63,520 bases of DNA from Carcharhinus longimanus (taxonomy: Eukaryota), in assembly GCA_030264375.1 (NCBI GenBank), contig JASCQW010000027.1, positions 56,731,487 to 56,795,006 of the forward strand. Reading direction: 5' to 3'. Below, piece after piece: positions 49,856-63,520 of the stretch (its first letter is position 1; every line of letters starts with the position of its first letter). Under the pieces are notes generated by a model, which saw nothing but the letters and a program-made list of their open reading frames with translations, was not told the origin of the DNA and searched no databases. Made by a program: the position numbers and the translations under genes.

Positions 49856-52449
49856 ACTCCTTTTATTGAGCCTTCTGCCTACCTAGTCTGTACACATGGA
49901 ATATTGGGCAGGGGTCACAGAGATGACTTTGTAATCAACTGCCCCCAGGAAGTTTGCAACTGACACAACTTCATAGCCAATTCCAAGTTCCCAACCTGGA
50001 ATTCAGGCCAAAATCGAGATGGTGACACAATGCAGTAAGTTCAATCTATGTTAATTCAATCTATCATCCATGTTCAAGATGATGTAGCAATGATTGAGAG
50101 GTAACTGCAGAGATTTATGTTTATTCCTTGAGTTATTCCCTGTTGAGAAATATGGCAGCACTTTGTACATTAACAGAATAAAATCATACCAAAATTGTTT
50201 GCATGTCATTTTCAATGTGTCCTATTTCTACAATCGGAAACAAAGCAAAATATTATAAAGGACGGTTTACTGGATTGTAATTATACATGCTTAAATCAAC
50301 AATAAGCTCGACAATATTTGTTATACCCAGAAATTTGCCAAATATATCAACATAATAAAATTGCCATTAAATACTGAGTTTCATATGCAGATTAATATGT
50401 TCATTACTGACACTCAACAGTATTCCATATGAACTTTTGGTATTTTTAATTTTTATGGAGTGCCCTCTTGTTTCTCTCTTCCCTTCCACCTCCTCAGCCC
50501 ACAGGCCAGCCCAGTGTGGGAGGCAGGCAGGTTCTAGCTATCCCGCAGCCAGCAGACTGCGGCAAGGTACCATCCTGGCACCTCTCAGCCCTCCGATGCA
50601 GGTGGGCAGTGTGCCTGCTCTGTCAAACCAACCATCCATTTCAGATAGAAGCGAAAGCTGAAAACGACCTTTGTTCGCTCCAGTTGGAGAGCTGGCACCA
50701 GAAGTGGCTACAATAAGTTAATTGCGTCGTTCAGTCCCGGAATGATTCACTTTGCCTGCCTCTGTCTATTTCTGTGAATATTTTTACTGAGCCTGCAGTT
50801 GCTGGTGAGATCATTGAAAACACTAAGTTTGAACAGTGACTGAGGCTGTGGTGTGTTCTTCCGACAAAACATATTTGATAAATGGATCACATTGTCCTTT
50901 CATTATGACAGCTATTTTATGTGCGAGAAGTTGATATTTATTTAATAAGCAGATACGCTGAACAAGAGAATTCTCACTGCCCACCGCACTGAACAATTTG
51001 TATGTGTTCCTTTTTATCTTTTAAATGATTGCTGTGGTTTCTATGACAATGTTATTTATATCATACTACATAGCTTTTTTACATTTCACAGAAATAATGT
51101 CACGATTAGGAACAGATGGCGATGTGCTTTCACATGGATGTCACCTGATCCGCTCTGGAATACTTTGTAGCAATCTCATTCCTGCTCAACGTTAAAATTT
51201 GCATCATTCATCATTCTAATTTTAGTAAGTATTCTTAGATCTGCTCTCTTCATCATCCTGCTTGTTGCTCATCTGTGTGATATAAACAAGCGGGAAGATG
51301 AAGAGTACTGAGAGCAGATTCACCCTGCACTAGTGGTGCTGACAATAATTCACTTTGTTGCCTGTGGGTCCGGCCACTGGGAGATCCAATTTTAAATTGT
51401 TTTCTCCCCGTTTTTTGTAGAACTAATATATCAGATTTTTTTTCAGATTTAATGTTTTAGAGCCCTTGAACAGTTGAGCACAGAACCCCTATGACAAGAA
51501 TAGCGCCTTTAACTAATGTCTACATCATTTGTCGCAAGTCCAGGAATTGAACATTCTTAACCGGATGTAGCATTATGGTTACATTACAGGTACTTGAGGG
51601 TTCTGTCTGAACCAAGAATGCAGTAAAAAAAGTACTATGCTTAAGCTACTATCTGGCAAATGGATTTATTAATCACTTAATAGATAAATGTGCAATAGCA
51701 GGTTTCCCTGTAGTTTTACAATGGTTGCACCTTCATTGACTACCTTTGGAGGACAGGTAATAATGATTGCTTCTGCCACGCTAAACTGTAATGCAAACTA
51801 GACCAGACACATGAGGTAGAATTTACAGACGAGGGACAACTCCAGAGTCATTTAAAAATGGCAGGTGGGGCCTGATTCCAGGATTCTCACTGCCTTCCTG
51901 GCAGCAGTCATTTTCACCGACGCAGGATAAGGCTGTGGATAGTGAGGTCACATCCTGCAATCCCAACCTGACTGGCTCCATTGTACGGGTAAGCATCTGC
52001 CAGCTCCACTCAATTTTCATGGAGTCAGGCCAATTCCTCCATGACCCATAATTCACAGGCCCTCAAATCCCCACCTGGATTCTGAAATCTTTTGAAATGC
52101 AACTCCAAAAAATTTTACCCATGTCCCCATCTGCTCCCCATGCTCCCTCAAATCATCCAGGCCAGCTAAATGCCAATTTCTGACTCTCAGCCAGTCACTA
52201 TGGCTCTTCATACTCCGAAATGCCAACTCAAGATCAACTCAAATCCTACAGCCCATCCCCATGGCCTCTCATACTCCTGTACCAACTCAATGCCAACTCA
52301 TGTCTCCACCCATAGGCCTTCATACTCTCTCTTTACGCTAACTCACGCACCTTCCATGCCCATTCAACCAGTAGGCACTATGTATATAACTAATGAACCA
52401 TATAATCACAACGGCAAGTATGAAAACACTGATGGGAAAAAACATCATG

Positions 52450-52832
52450 CAAACAAACTTCCCATCCATTGACTCCTTCTAACTTCCCATTGCCTCGGAA
52501 ACACAGCCAGCATAATCAAGGCCAACACGCACCCTGGACGTACTCTCTTCCACTTTCTTCCATCAGGAAAAAGATACAAGAGTCTGAAAACACATACCAA
52601 CAGACTCAAGAACAGCTTCTTCCCTACTGTCATCAGACTTTTAAATATTCCTACTATATATTAAGCTAGTCTTTCTCTTCACCCTATCTGTAACTGCAAC
52701 ACTATATCCCGTAACCTATTCTTTCTTTCTCCCTTTGTAATCTATGAACAGTATGTTTTGATTGTGCAGTGTTCCAGAAACAACACTTTTCACTATAACC
52801 CAAAACATGTGACAATAAAAATCAAATCAAAA
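52450..52832 (+). mobile_element. Rex1/Babar-like LINE 3' end
   Basis: Encodes HPG..LFHFLPSGKRYKSLKTHTNRLKNSFFPTVIRLLN; ATCAAATCAAA tail; related tails at 57345-57541 (+) and 59103-59290 (-). Confidence 0.75.
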
Positions 52833-54939
52833 TGTTCTTCGAAAACCCCATAAAAGTGTCAATCAGACAGGACATCATAAAATATCAATAGCAGACAACT
52901 CAAATATTTCACATTTCTTAACCGTTTTCAAATAAACTCTAAGAAATTGTCAAAACAGATCACAGAAAAAAAACAACTGGTTATAACCACTTCAAAATGT
53001 CAATAAAGCAAAGTCAACAATTCATTTGTTCAAACAGAATCCCAAATATGTTCAGGCTTTTATTGGTATGGGTTCTGAACTAAGCATGTCTTATAAGGAG
53101 AGATGGAAATCTAGGCATTATTATGATATAACTCATTAGCATGGAGATGATGAGGGGTTATGGAGAGTGGCTTGGAGGCAGGGATTGGCATTGATATGAC
53201 ATCAAGGTTTTGAGGGGTTATGGGGAGTGGCTGAGGGCTAGAGAGCCAAAAACAGAAAGTGCGAGAAAATCTCAGCAGGTTTAACAGCATCTGTGGGGAG
53301 AGAGTAAAGCTAATGTTTCAAGTCTGTGGGGAGAGAGTAGAGCTAACATTTCAAGTCTGGATGACTCCATCAGAGCAAGCTAACTGCTTTCATTACAACT
53401 GAGTGCCAGAAAACTAAAGAGGGCCTTGTAATCAGCTGGCCTCAGCACTTGCCCATCCCCGTGGCCACCTCAGATCTGCTACTGGGGTCAGTGGGCCTGA
53501 CTCTATCCCACACACACTTCCCTGAAGTGAAAATTGCACAATTTGGGTATTTTAACCCAAGGTGAGTCTGCCAAGTTGGAAAATTCCCTGACTTGAGCTG
53601 CCACCTCCATAGCTACAATCTGGCCCAAATTCTTCAAATCTCTACACTGTAGAATAGATTATTGCTGATCAACCATGGACTCTCTCTCTCGTCCATCTAT
53701 TAGTTGCTGATAGCTTTAGGTGTAATTTTCAATTTGAATAAAATACTCAGGTTTTGTTTTTGATTTCTGATTTAACCTAAGCAGGTTACAGATTCCCATT
53801 GTTGTTATATATTGTACTTTAGTAAAGCTCATTAATAAAGTAAGATCCAGTCGCAAAACATAAACCAAAATTAAATGATATTAAGATGATGTTTGCTATT
53901 CTTAGAAGGATCAGACGCTGGAACAACCATTCATCAGTTGTTTTAAACACCATACAGTTTTTTTCAAACAAATGTGTAGCTCCCCAGTGTGTCTGTGCAT
54001 AAATGCATCACATGGTGAGGTTACTGAACCGTACAGATTCTTAAATGTTTCTGGATAGATGCCGGGCATTAGCTCACTGAACTGAAGCTGATCTCAAGCT
54101 GTGGTAAGGGCAGTATACTTGGCTTCAGGGCCTTGGGCAACAGAAGGAACTCAGCCAAGATTCCCAATCCTGAGCGACCTCAGTTCAAAGCTACATTCAA
54201 GTGAGGGCAGGAACAATCTATCTTGAGATGCTCTTCACAGATGAATAGCTTGTGAACACTCACTGGACAGTCTCAACCTCATCAATCAAACCATGTGGAC
54301 AAGTTACCTGAGAGCTGGGTTTTCACCAATAGGACTGTATGTCAGTGTATATTGACCTCTATGAAAGGAGTGGTGAAAACTGAAAACACTTTTGGCACCA
54401 ATTAGTGATGAAATGACTGTTTTACTGAAGCTCATCACCCAACAACCTCTGCACGCAAAAATGCTAAAGTGGCTTGCAGAATAGTTTCCTTGGTTTCACT
54501 TCCCTTTTGTATTCCCAATAGCAAAATATCCCAAATCAAGGTCCTCCCTGCCCCTGGAGCAGCTTATCCATAATACCAAGTAAAAGAGTGATCATTAGTC
54601 ACCTAGTCAAAGGCTAACAAGATTGCTTTGATTTGTTTTCAGTGTGCAATTACTGGAAGAACTTATAAAAATATTCTACTGTGTCTGGCCCACAAATGAG
54701 TAATAGCAAAGTTGTCAAAGGGAGTTTTGACAAACTGCTTCTATTTGCTGCCACCTTTACAATTACTGAACTGTGTACTCTGTGAACAGATGGGCCACTG
54801 CATTATGAATCCTTTTTTAGCACAAGAAACACCTCTGACACATAAATTCCTGATGATGAGTGTTTAATCATTAGGATGGTTTGAATATAGCCCTGACCTA
54901 TTGTTAGGATAAAGGAGGTACATTCTTTCTCATGCTTAC

Positions 54940-55748
54940 CTCTGTTTGGTTGGTTTCCTGTCTCAGCTGTTGTTTGTGTTGACAATCACATAATTTTTCA
55001 GCCGGTCTGAAGTCAAGAGAATTGGTTTGCACCAGGTCACTCAGCCACGGTTGAGTCCGCAAGGACAATGGTACTGTTGCCCCACCAACAGGCTGATGGT
55101 CCATCACCATAAAACTATGTCTTTGTCCAGAAGTGTCCCAGTCAGCAGAGGTTGGTTTGGTGAGGCCTAAGGCACTGAATGTTAAATCTGCGTGATTTTT
55201 GCTGGGTAGAGTGGTTGGAAAAGAAGAGTCCCCAGCACCTTTATAAAAATTCTCAAATTTGTATTGCCCAGCAGAAATTGGAGATTGGTTCTGGGTGGAC
55301 TCTTTGGTACATGTGCCCCAACGCTTTGTGTCGTCAGCTCTCAAGTGTTTCATACTGTGACATGTAAAACTGTGCGGCTCATTTACTCCACAAGTACATG
55401 GCTCCATTTTACAGTTCGAAAGATCTGTCGTACTGTTTACAGAATCCGCATTCCCAGTGGCCCCACACTCAGGGTTACACTTTACTGCGTCGGTGAGTCT
55501 GGAGAGGGATGACCACTTCCTGATGGGTCTGGGGTCCTTCATGTCTAAAGAGGTTTTTGGTGTAAAAAAGGTTTTTGACTTGCTGGGCAGTGTCAGGGTC
55601 ATATTACATTTACCAGAGCTGGCTCCATCCTGTTGTTCTGGTTTACATGGTGAGGAGTTGGAGGTGGAAGGCATGACATGGGCTGTGGGGATTGTGATCT
55701 GAGATCTGTTTGGTTTGAAGCACGAGATGCCACTTGAGTTTGAGTGAT
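54940..55748 (-). CDS. CEP85L: CEP85L (centrosomal protein 85-like) large internal coding exon, exon-3 equivalent, 809 nt
   Basis: DHSNSSGISCFKP..ITIPTAHVMPS, SLDMKDPRPIRKWSSLSRLT, YKFE, QPVGG...SLRTQPWL match human CEP85L as recalled; polypyrimidine acceptor TTTCTCTCTATAG (phase 1) and donor GAG|GTAAGC (phase 0); PLN lies antisense downstream. Confidence 0.92.
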
Positions 55749-56289
55749 CTATAGAGAGAAAGAGAGAAAAACATTTAATTTGAAAAACAGGGGAAGCTTT
55801 GCTACCACTGAAAAACAGGACACTTTGAAGGGTCACAACTTAGAAAAAGAAGTTCTTTATAGGAATATATGCGTTATAAACATAGCATTGTGAAAGGCTA
55901 ATTAGCTGAATAAATCAAAATTATTTCCAGTAACTTCATACACTATTGGAAATAATTAATAACTAAGTTAATATGGAAAGACACAAGCTACAGTCGCTGC
56001 TTTCAACATTTCTCCAAATGGGATTTTTTTATTATTCATTCAAGGACATGAGCGTCAGTGGTTGGCCTGCATTTATTGCCCATCCCTAGTTGCCTTTCTA
56101 GGCAGTTGAGAAGTCAACCACATTGCTGTGGTTCTGGAGTCATATGTAGGCCAGACGGGTAAGAGTGGCAGATTTCCTTCCCTAAAGAACATTAGTGAAC
56201 CAGATGAGTTTTTCCGACAACCAAAAATGGTTTCATGGTTATCATTAGATTCTTAATTAAAGACTTTTTTTTACATTGAATTCAAATTC

Positions 56290-56577
56290 AGTGCATGGTG
56301 GCACTTTGGTTAGCAGGGACCCGGGTTTGATTCCCGGCTTAAGTCACTGTCTGTGCAGAGTCCACACATTCTTCCCGTGTCTGCGTGCGTTTCCTTCGGG
56401 TGCTCCAGTTTCCTCCCACAGTTTGAAAGACGTGCTGGTTGGGTGAATTGGCCATGCTAAATTTTCCCTTAGTGTACCTGTCTAGGCGCCGGAGTGTGGC
56501 GACTGGGGATTTGCACAGTAGCTTCATTGCAGTGTTAATGTAACCCTATTTGTGACTCTAATAAATAAAGCTTAAAC
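56290..56577 (+). mobile_element. HE1-like SINE inserted in an older SINE (56030-56680), 9-bp TSD
   Basis: TSD TTCAAATTC at 56281-56289 and 56578-56586. Confidence 0.88.
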
Positions 56578-56904
56578 TTCAAATTCCACCATCTGACATG
56601 GTGGTATTTGAATCTGTGCCCCTGAAGCATTAGCTGAGTTTCTGAATTAATAGTCAAGCCCACCATCAGACCTCAGCTCCCTGCTGTTAATCATACCTTG
56701 AATACTCTGTTCATTCTGAGCACTACACATTATGAAGGATTATTAATCTTTGAAGAGGTGCAGCATTGATCTACTCATTTGATATGTGGACTCCAAGTCT
56801 TAAACTACAAGGAGAAAATACACAAACCAAGATGATAAATCCTAGAATTGAGAAGGTTAAGAGGTGAATTGGTCAAAAGTTTACATGACCGTAAGGGGAG
56901 GTAA

Positions 56905-57136
56905 TGAAATGAAAGTCGCCAAAGTCCCAGAGGACCATAAGCTGATCTCCCCTTTGAGGATGAGAGGTGATTGGTGATGATTTAACCTGAGCATCACCAC
57001 ACCTGACGCAAGGGGTAAAGTTGAGAAGGTCGGGCCTTCATGGATAATCTCAGCCAAAACAGGAATTGAACCCGTGCTGTTGGCATCGCTCTGCATCACG
57101 AACCACCCATCCAGCCAACTGAGCTAACTGACTCCC
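56905..57136 (-). mobile_element. tRNA-derived SINE (distinct family) inserted in a CR1 remnant (about 56690-57350)
   Basis: Minus strand TAGCTCAGTTGG (A box) ...GGGTTCAATTCC (B box); (CATTT) tail. Confidence 0.75.
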
Positions 57137-58829
57137 AAAGGGATGTCATAGGATAGATAGAGAGGAACTATTTCCACTGGTTGAGAAATTTAGGACACAG
57201 CCTAAAAATTAGAGACATCCTTTCAGGAGTGAGGATAGGAAAGACTTCCTGATGAAAAGGGTAAATGTCTGGTATTCTCTTCCACAAATGAGAGGTGATA
57301 CCAGGTTCAGTTTAAATCTGAGTGATAGATTTCTGATATAAAGTCTGAGGATACATACTAACCGACTCAAGAACATCATTGTCCCTGCTGCCAACAGACT
57401 TTTGAATGGACCTACCTCTTCTCTGCACTACATTCTGCATCCTCTCCTTTCTTTCTCTATGAATGGTATGCTTTGTCTATATCGTGTGCAGGAGACAATA
57501 CTTTTCACTGTATACATGTGACAATAATAAATCAAATCAAATTATTAAGGGATCTGAGGAAAGAGTGGGTGTATGGAGTTAGGTCACTAATCAGCCATGA
57601 TCTCTGTGAAAGGTAGAATATTCTCTAGTGACTAAATAGTCTATGTGTAACTGGCTTACACCGTGATCCCCACAGGCAGAACAGGCCTGAAGGGTTGAAT
57701 GGTATATTCCTAATTATATGTTCCATACGGTGAGCTTCTACTTTTGGTTAAGGGTATTAAAAAAAAGGGCTCAATAAGGCCTCCAACCCTACTCCTCCAG
57801 TCAAAAAAAATCATCGTTGATCTTCCACTCCACCTTCTCACATTAACCCCATATTCTTTAATTCCCTTATTACTTAAAAACTTATTCACTCTATAAGAAC
57901 CTAAGAACATGGCTGTTTGGTGAAAAGAAATGAAACCATGACAATTGCCAAGTGTGAAATACAGGAAAAAGAATCAGAGGGAAAACCAGATCAGAATATT
58001 GACTTCCCTGTCAACATTTGTGAGCAGGAGATAGTTAAATGTGGAGAGAGTGAGAGATTTAAAGATTAAAAGGCTGTAGGAAGGAAATGAGTGACAACAT
58101 GCTTAGAGCATACTGGTTAAAATGTATTTTCTATTATCCTTTTTTAAGACATATATAAATTGCACTATGACAACCAGTATAATATTTAGAAATTGTAGGC
58201 TGGGCTGAGTTAATCCTGCAGCATTGCTGGTGAAGATCGCCCTCTGGTGTTAATGATGAGGAGCTGTTGCTTTGTCCAACCATAAAACCATCAACATAAA
58301 AGCTGCTTGCAGTTCCAATTAGTTCTGTTCTTTTGGCAATATTCAACATATCCGAGAAAAGTTGGGAGCTTTTTTTGATATTTTAGTAAAAGAAAACATG
58401 TATAAAAATAGATTCTTAAAAATGTACAACATACAAGAAATAAAAGCATGATCAATATTTTCTCAGCATATATATCCTATAACTTATGCTGGATAAATTA
58501 TTTCCAAGACGGAAAAATCATTTAATAGTATTCCATTCCTTCCAACAAAATAATAAATGGATCATATGTCACAGCCTACAATATGGTTTTTGATTAGACA
58601 GTCCTATTGTTTGCTGGGCCTGATCTTTAATTGGTGGGGTAGATTTCTGCTGGAAACAGGAGAGATGTAAAACAGGCTATCGACTCATTATCTCTCGTTT
58701 CACACGATAGCACAAAGTCTGGATCTGCCTCTAGCATGTACACTGGATGCCAGGCTTTTATAAATTTCTGGCAGTGCACTGTTCAACACGTCTCTGTGCA
58801 ATTTTCATAGTCATTAGTTAGTGGAAGCA

Positions 58830-60775
58830 GCATGCAATTGACGGAGCTAAGCAATCTCACATCAATGAAACAAATCTAAACTCTGTGGATCTGTCACAAC
58901 CAGTTGTGAATGGTGACGGACAATTAAACAAATAACAGGGGGTGACGGTTCCACAAATATCCCCATTCTCAACAATGGCGCAGTCCTGCACATCAGTGCA
59001 AAAGATAAGGTTGAAGTATATGCAGCCAGAGATGCCAAATGGATGATCCATCTCAGCCTCCTCTTCAGGTCTTCAGGCAATTCAATTCACTCCAGGTGAT
59101 ATTTGATTTGATTTATTATTATTGTCACATGTATTGGTAGACAGTGAAAAGTATTGTTTCTTGCACGCTATACAGACAAAGCATAACATTCATAGAGTAC
59201 CTAGGGGAGAAGGAAAGGAGAGGGTGCAGAATATAGTGTTACAGTCATAGCTAGGATGTAGAGAAAGATCAGCTTAATATATGGTAGGATAAGCAATAGC
59301 TGAATACAATGGACCTGCAATGGCTGTTTGCCATGACAACATTTTGATGACCGTACTGATGACTTGTTCTCCACAACTTGCCACACCCCTAGCCAAGCTG
59401 TTCCAGTATAGCTACAACACTGGCATCTACCTGCCAATGAGGAAAGTCGCCCAGATATGTCCTGTACACAAAAGGCAGCGCAAATCCAACCTGGCCAATT
59501 ACTACCCAGAGTACTTTCGATCATCAGCAAAATGATGGAAAGAGTCATCAGCAGAGCTATCAAGCTACACTTACTGATCAGTGATGATCGGTTTTGATTC
59601 TGCCAGGGCCACTCAGTTCATGATTTCATTACAATCTTCATCCAAACCTGAACAAGGTGAGCCAAACTCAAGAGATGAGGGGAGATTGATTGCCTTTGAC
59701 ATCAAGGCAGCATTCAACAGAGTATGGCATCAAGGAGCCCTTGTAAAACTGGAGTAATGGAAATCAGAGGGAAATCTCTCCACTAGTTGGAGACATACCA
59801 GCACAAAAGAAGATGGTTGTTGAAAGTCAAACATCTCGGTCCCAGGACATTACTGCAGGGTAGTGTTATTCAGCTGCTTCATCAATGAACTTCACTCCAT
59901 CATAAGGTCAGAAGTGTGGATGTTTGCTGCTGAGCACCAGTTGCAACTCCTTACACTGAATCAGTCCATGTCTACATGCAGCCAGACCTGCAACTAATAA
60001 GTGGCAAGGAACATTTGTGCCACATAGGTGCCAGTCAATGACCATCTCCAACAAGACAGAATCCAACCGTTTCCTCTTGGCATTCAACAGCATTACCATC
60101 GCTAAATCCCCCACCATCAACATCTGCGGGATTACCATTGACCAGAAACTGAACTGGACTAGGCATATAAATACTGTGGCTGCAAGAGCAGATCAAAGTT
60201 TGGGAATTCTGTGGATAGTTACTCACCTCCTGACTTCCCAAAGCTTGGTCATCATCTATAAGGCTCGAGTTAGGAGTGTAAAGAAATACTTTCCACATGC
60301 CTGAATGAGTGCAGCTACAACAGTACTCTAGAAGCTAGACACCATCTAGAACAAAGCAACTTGCTTGTTTGGTAGCCCATTCATCACCTTAAACATTCAG
60401 TCCCTCCAGAATCAATGCACAGTGGTAACAGGGTGCAACATCTAAAAGGTGCACTGCAGCAACTCACCAATGCTCTTTCCACAGCATCTTCCAAACCTCC
60501 CAACTTGGGCAAGGGCAGCAGATGCATGGGAAGATCATATGCAAGTTCACCTTCAAGCCAGACACCTTCCTGATATATCACCATTCCTTCACTGTTGCGG
60601 GTTCAAAGTCCTGGAATTCCTTCCTAACAGCACTGCGGTTGTAGCTACACCACAGGGATTTCAGCTGTTCAAGAAGGTAACTCACGACCATACTCTCAAG
60701 AGCAATTAGGAGAGGGAAATAAATGCTGGTATAACCAGCAATGCCCACAACACTTCAAAGAATTTTTAAAAAGTT
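58830..60775 (+). mobile_element. CR1-clade LINE (second family), about 1.9 kb, degenerate RT plus 3'UTR
   Basis: LATPLAKLFQYSYNTGIY...VAQICPVHK...NLANY; DIKAAF.RVWHQG; INICGITIDQKLNWT.HIN; Rex1 tail nested at 59103-59290. Confidence 0.9.
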
Positions 60776-61779
60776 AATTGGAGGAAAATAAAACACAAGT
60801 AAATGAATGCGAACTCATTGCACAGTGCTCTATCAGGGAAAATTAAACTCTGAAATCTAATTTCTCTGAACTTTAAAAAGAAAATTCTGTGCCATATGGG
60901 ATTAATTATTCTGGTTACTAAGAGTTTGGATGAATTTTTATCAGGAGGAAAGTAAAATGCAGAACTCTGGCCCTAGCTCTGACCCTACTCCTCATTTATA
61001 CTTCTCACCATTTCGATGCTGTAACTTAATCAAGGGAAAAAAACTTGCATTTATGTAGCATATTTTACCTTCTTGGGATGCCCCAAGGCTCTTTACAGCC
61101 AATTAAGTATTTTTGAAGCACAATTATAGCGATAATGTGGGAAAATGCAGTAACCAATTTGCTATTATGACATCAGGCAATTGGTTAAGTGTCATAATGA
61201 GTCCTGGACGATGAAATGTAAAAAACACCCAATAAGTGGCAGACTTAATGAGCAGTCTGTAATGCACTGATGTGTTGCTTCTTCCATTGTGATTTACTGG
61301 TACAGCGAAGAGCTGTGCTTCCTTTGTTTCAGATAAGATGGTGTAGCAATGCAAAGGCACATTGTGTATTATAGTACATAGGAAAAGCCCCCATTATAGA
61401 ATTGCTGTGGTCTAAAACATTTGCCGCATTTCTAAGAGGGGGATTGCTTTCATTGCCTCACACACCTCACTGTTTCAATGTTATACCTGCAACTTGTGTC
61501 ATTTATAGAATCAATTTCAATACTGCTTGTGAGAAAACATGTTACAATCTTTGTTCTGAATCATAAATGCACTGAGAATAAAACACAAACAGCCTCTATT
61601 TACCATTCAGTTGTCACACTGGATTTGCTACAAAGCAATTCTGAAGCCAATGACAGAAAGACAAGGTCAGTCACAAAGTTGTCATTTAAATTTTTGCTGT
61701 GTTTCCTTTTGGGACATTAATGACACAAACAAGGTTATAATCATTGCCCCTCTGTAATTACTCTGACAAGGAAATAGTG

Positions 61780-62330
61780 GGCCTTGTTCAAACGCTACAA
61801 TCCTTGTCGTGACCCCTTGGCAGGACATTGGACCATAACCATGAAGGAATGGCAGTAAATGGTCAAGATAGGATAGAGGGAAACTTGGAGGTGATGTTTT
61901 TCCCATGACACTGCTGTCATTTGCGCATAGTGAGAGAGGTTACACATGAGGAAGGTCCTATACATCCTGTATATCCTACAAATTACATCCACAGTGCATA
62001 CCACAGTGATGGAAAGGTTGGATATTGAGTTCAGTGATTGTAAAGCAGGCTGCTTTGCTTTGGATGATATCAATTTTCTTGAGTATTGTTGCAGCTTCAC
62101 CATCCCAGATTGGTATTCTGCTTTGGACTTTGTAGGAAGAGGAAAGGCTGAAAGGGGTCAGGAAGTGAGTACTCAGCCTTTCCCTGCCACATTGATATGA
62201 CTGGCCCAGTAAAACTTCGTAACGGGATCGCCAATGACCAGATGCAAATGGGAAACTCAGTTATGGTGGTGCCACTGGAGGTTGGGTGGAGACGTCTGGG
62301 CTTTCTATTGACCTGGTCTATTTTAAAATT
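61780..62330 (-). mobile_element. Degenerate copy of the second CR1-clade family
   Basis: Reverse similarity to 60050-60600 (WDGEAATILKKIDIIQSKAACF-like). Confidence 0.6.
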
Positions 62331-63520
62331 AATTTTTGAGATGATAGCATTGCTCACAAAGCTGGCATTTATTGTATAACTCTAATTGCCCCATAACTGA
62401 TTTGATGAGCTCTTTTGGTGTAAATTGTGTCAAGGTCGATAAGCCACTTCAGAGGCCACTAATGTGTCAATCATGGTGATGATGTAGGAGTGGAGTCACA
62501 GGTGGGGTAAGGAAGTGTTTCTTTTGTAACACCAGTTGGATCATTATGACAGTTGGACAGCTTCAGAGCCACTTTTATACTGATATCAACATTTTAAAAT
62601 TTCCATGTTATTTTTTAAACTGAATTCAAACTCTCAAATTGCCATAGTGGGATTTCAGAGGGGTCTAAGGCACTGAATTACTCGATCCAGTCACATAATT
62701 ATTTTACCACCATGCCTGGACTGAAGCAGAACAATAGAATTATTGGCAAACAGTCCTGACCTATTGATAATTCAACATGCCATCATTTGAAACTCTCACC
62801 ATTATAGATTCCAGTGGTCGGGCATCTCAGTTCACTCCATATGGCATTCGCAGGACAGAGAAAAAAACTAGATCTTGACAACAAGATCTTCAAACCAGAA
62901 GTCTACTAGTAAACTCTAGGAATCAACTGGACATTGAGGAGGATTGTTCAGTTTATCACATGCACAAGAAACAAGATAAAGTAGACACCAAGTTACAGCT
63001 ACAGTTTGGCTTCTGTCAGAATCATTTGCTCCAAGTTTTCTCACTGTCTTGGTCCAGCCCTGAACACAAGTGCTGAATGCCAAACTTGCCTTCCACAGCT
63101 AGGCAGCTGTCATAGCACCAAGGAACTTCAGCAAAACCGAAGTCAGTGGTGATCAAAGGGAAGTCTCTCCAGTGGATGGGATCATTACAGATACAACCGG
63201 TTGGATTTAATGCAGCCCATAGCAGCAGGAAAGATGGTGGCCAGGCTCATTCATTCATTCAAGAGTCTCCATGTCAGCCTCGTGGGGACAGGAAAACCTT
63301 CCCAGTAAAGTCAGAGAGAGGAAGGGGCCGATCTAGGATTTCTGGCCACTAATGGCAGAATGTCAATTCATGTCAGTGTCACTAAATGAGCCAATTGATA
63401 GTCATTATCCTTGAGCTCGCTGCAAAATTTAGTGGTGGACTGGTGGTGGTGAAGGTGGTGGGGTGGGGGAGGGTAGGGGGGTAGGTATGGAGGGGGGAAC
63501 AGGCACACAACTGTCCCGCA

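Noticed and set aside
50732-50843. MIHFACLCLFL*IFLLSLQLLVRS, with a sarcolipin-like LLVRS
   Set aside because: Internal stop, wrong spacing and no NF motif; most likely chance.
55749-55836. N-terminal part of the 310-aa ORF (MTLQSV...)
   Set aside because: Intronic polypyrimidine tract; CEP85L homology starts at the acceptor (55748) and ends at the donor (54940).

Overview
Vertebrate genomic DNA, very probably from a shark or other cartilaginous fish, judged by HE1/V-SINE, DeuSINE, CR1, L2, Rex1 and Penelope-type repeats; it has five N-gaps. Genes I can support: (1) a single-coding-exon neurogenin bHLH gene, NEUROG2-like (+, 18292-18984); (2) phospholamban, PLN (+, 35997-36155, 52 aa, below the ORF-track cutoff); (3) a 33-aa ORF about 7 kb downstream of PLN (+, 43092-43193) with the PLN/sarcolipin SERCA-binding transmembrane signature, which I do not recognise as a named gene; (4) the large internal coding exon of CEP85L (-, 54940-55748). 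I found no further CEP85L exon at lower coordinates, so PLN, the new micropeptide and apparently the neurogenin may all lie antisense in one CEP85L intron. The top finding is this tandem PLN plus sarcolipin-like micropeptide pair. Also notable: Penelope-derived fold-back elements with minimal hammerhead ribozyme motifs and clean target-site duplications (TSDs), and a 196-bp, about 96%-identical inverted repeat. Gene identities and comparisons come from my recall of the human proteins, not database searches. Repeat boundaries are approximate.
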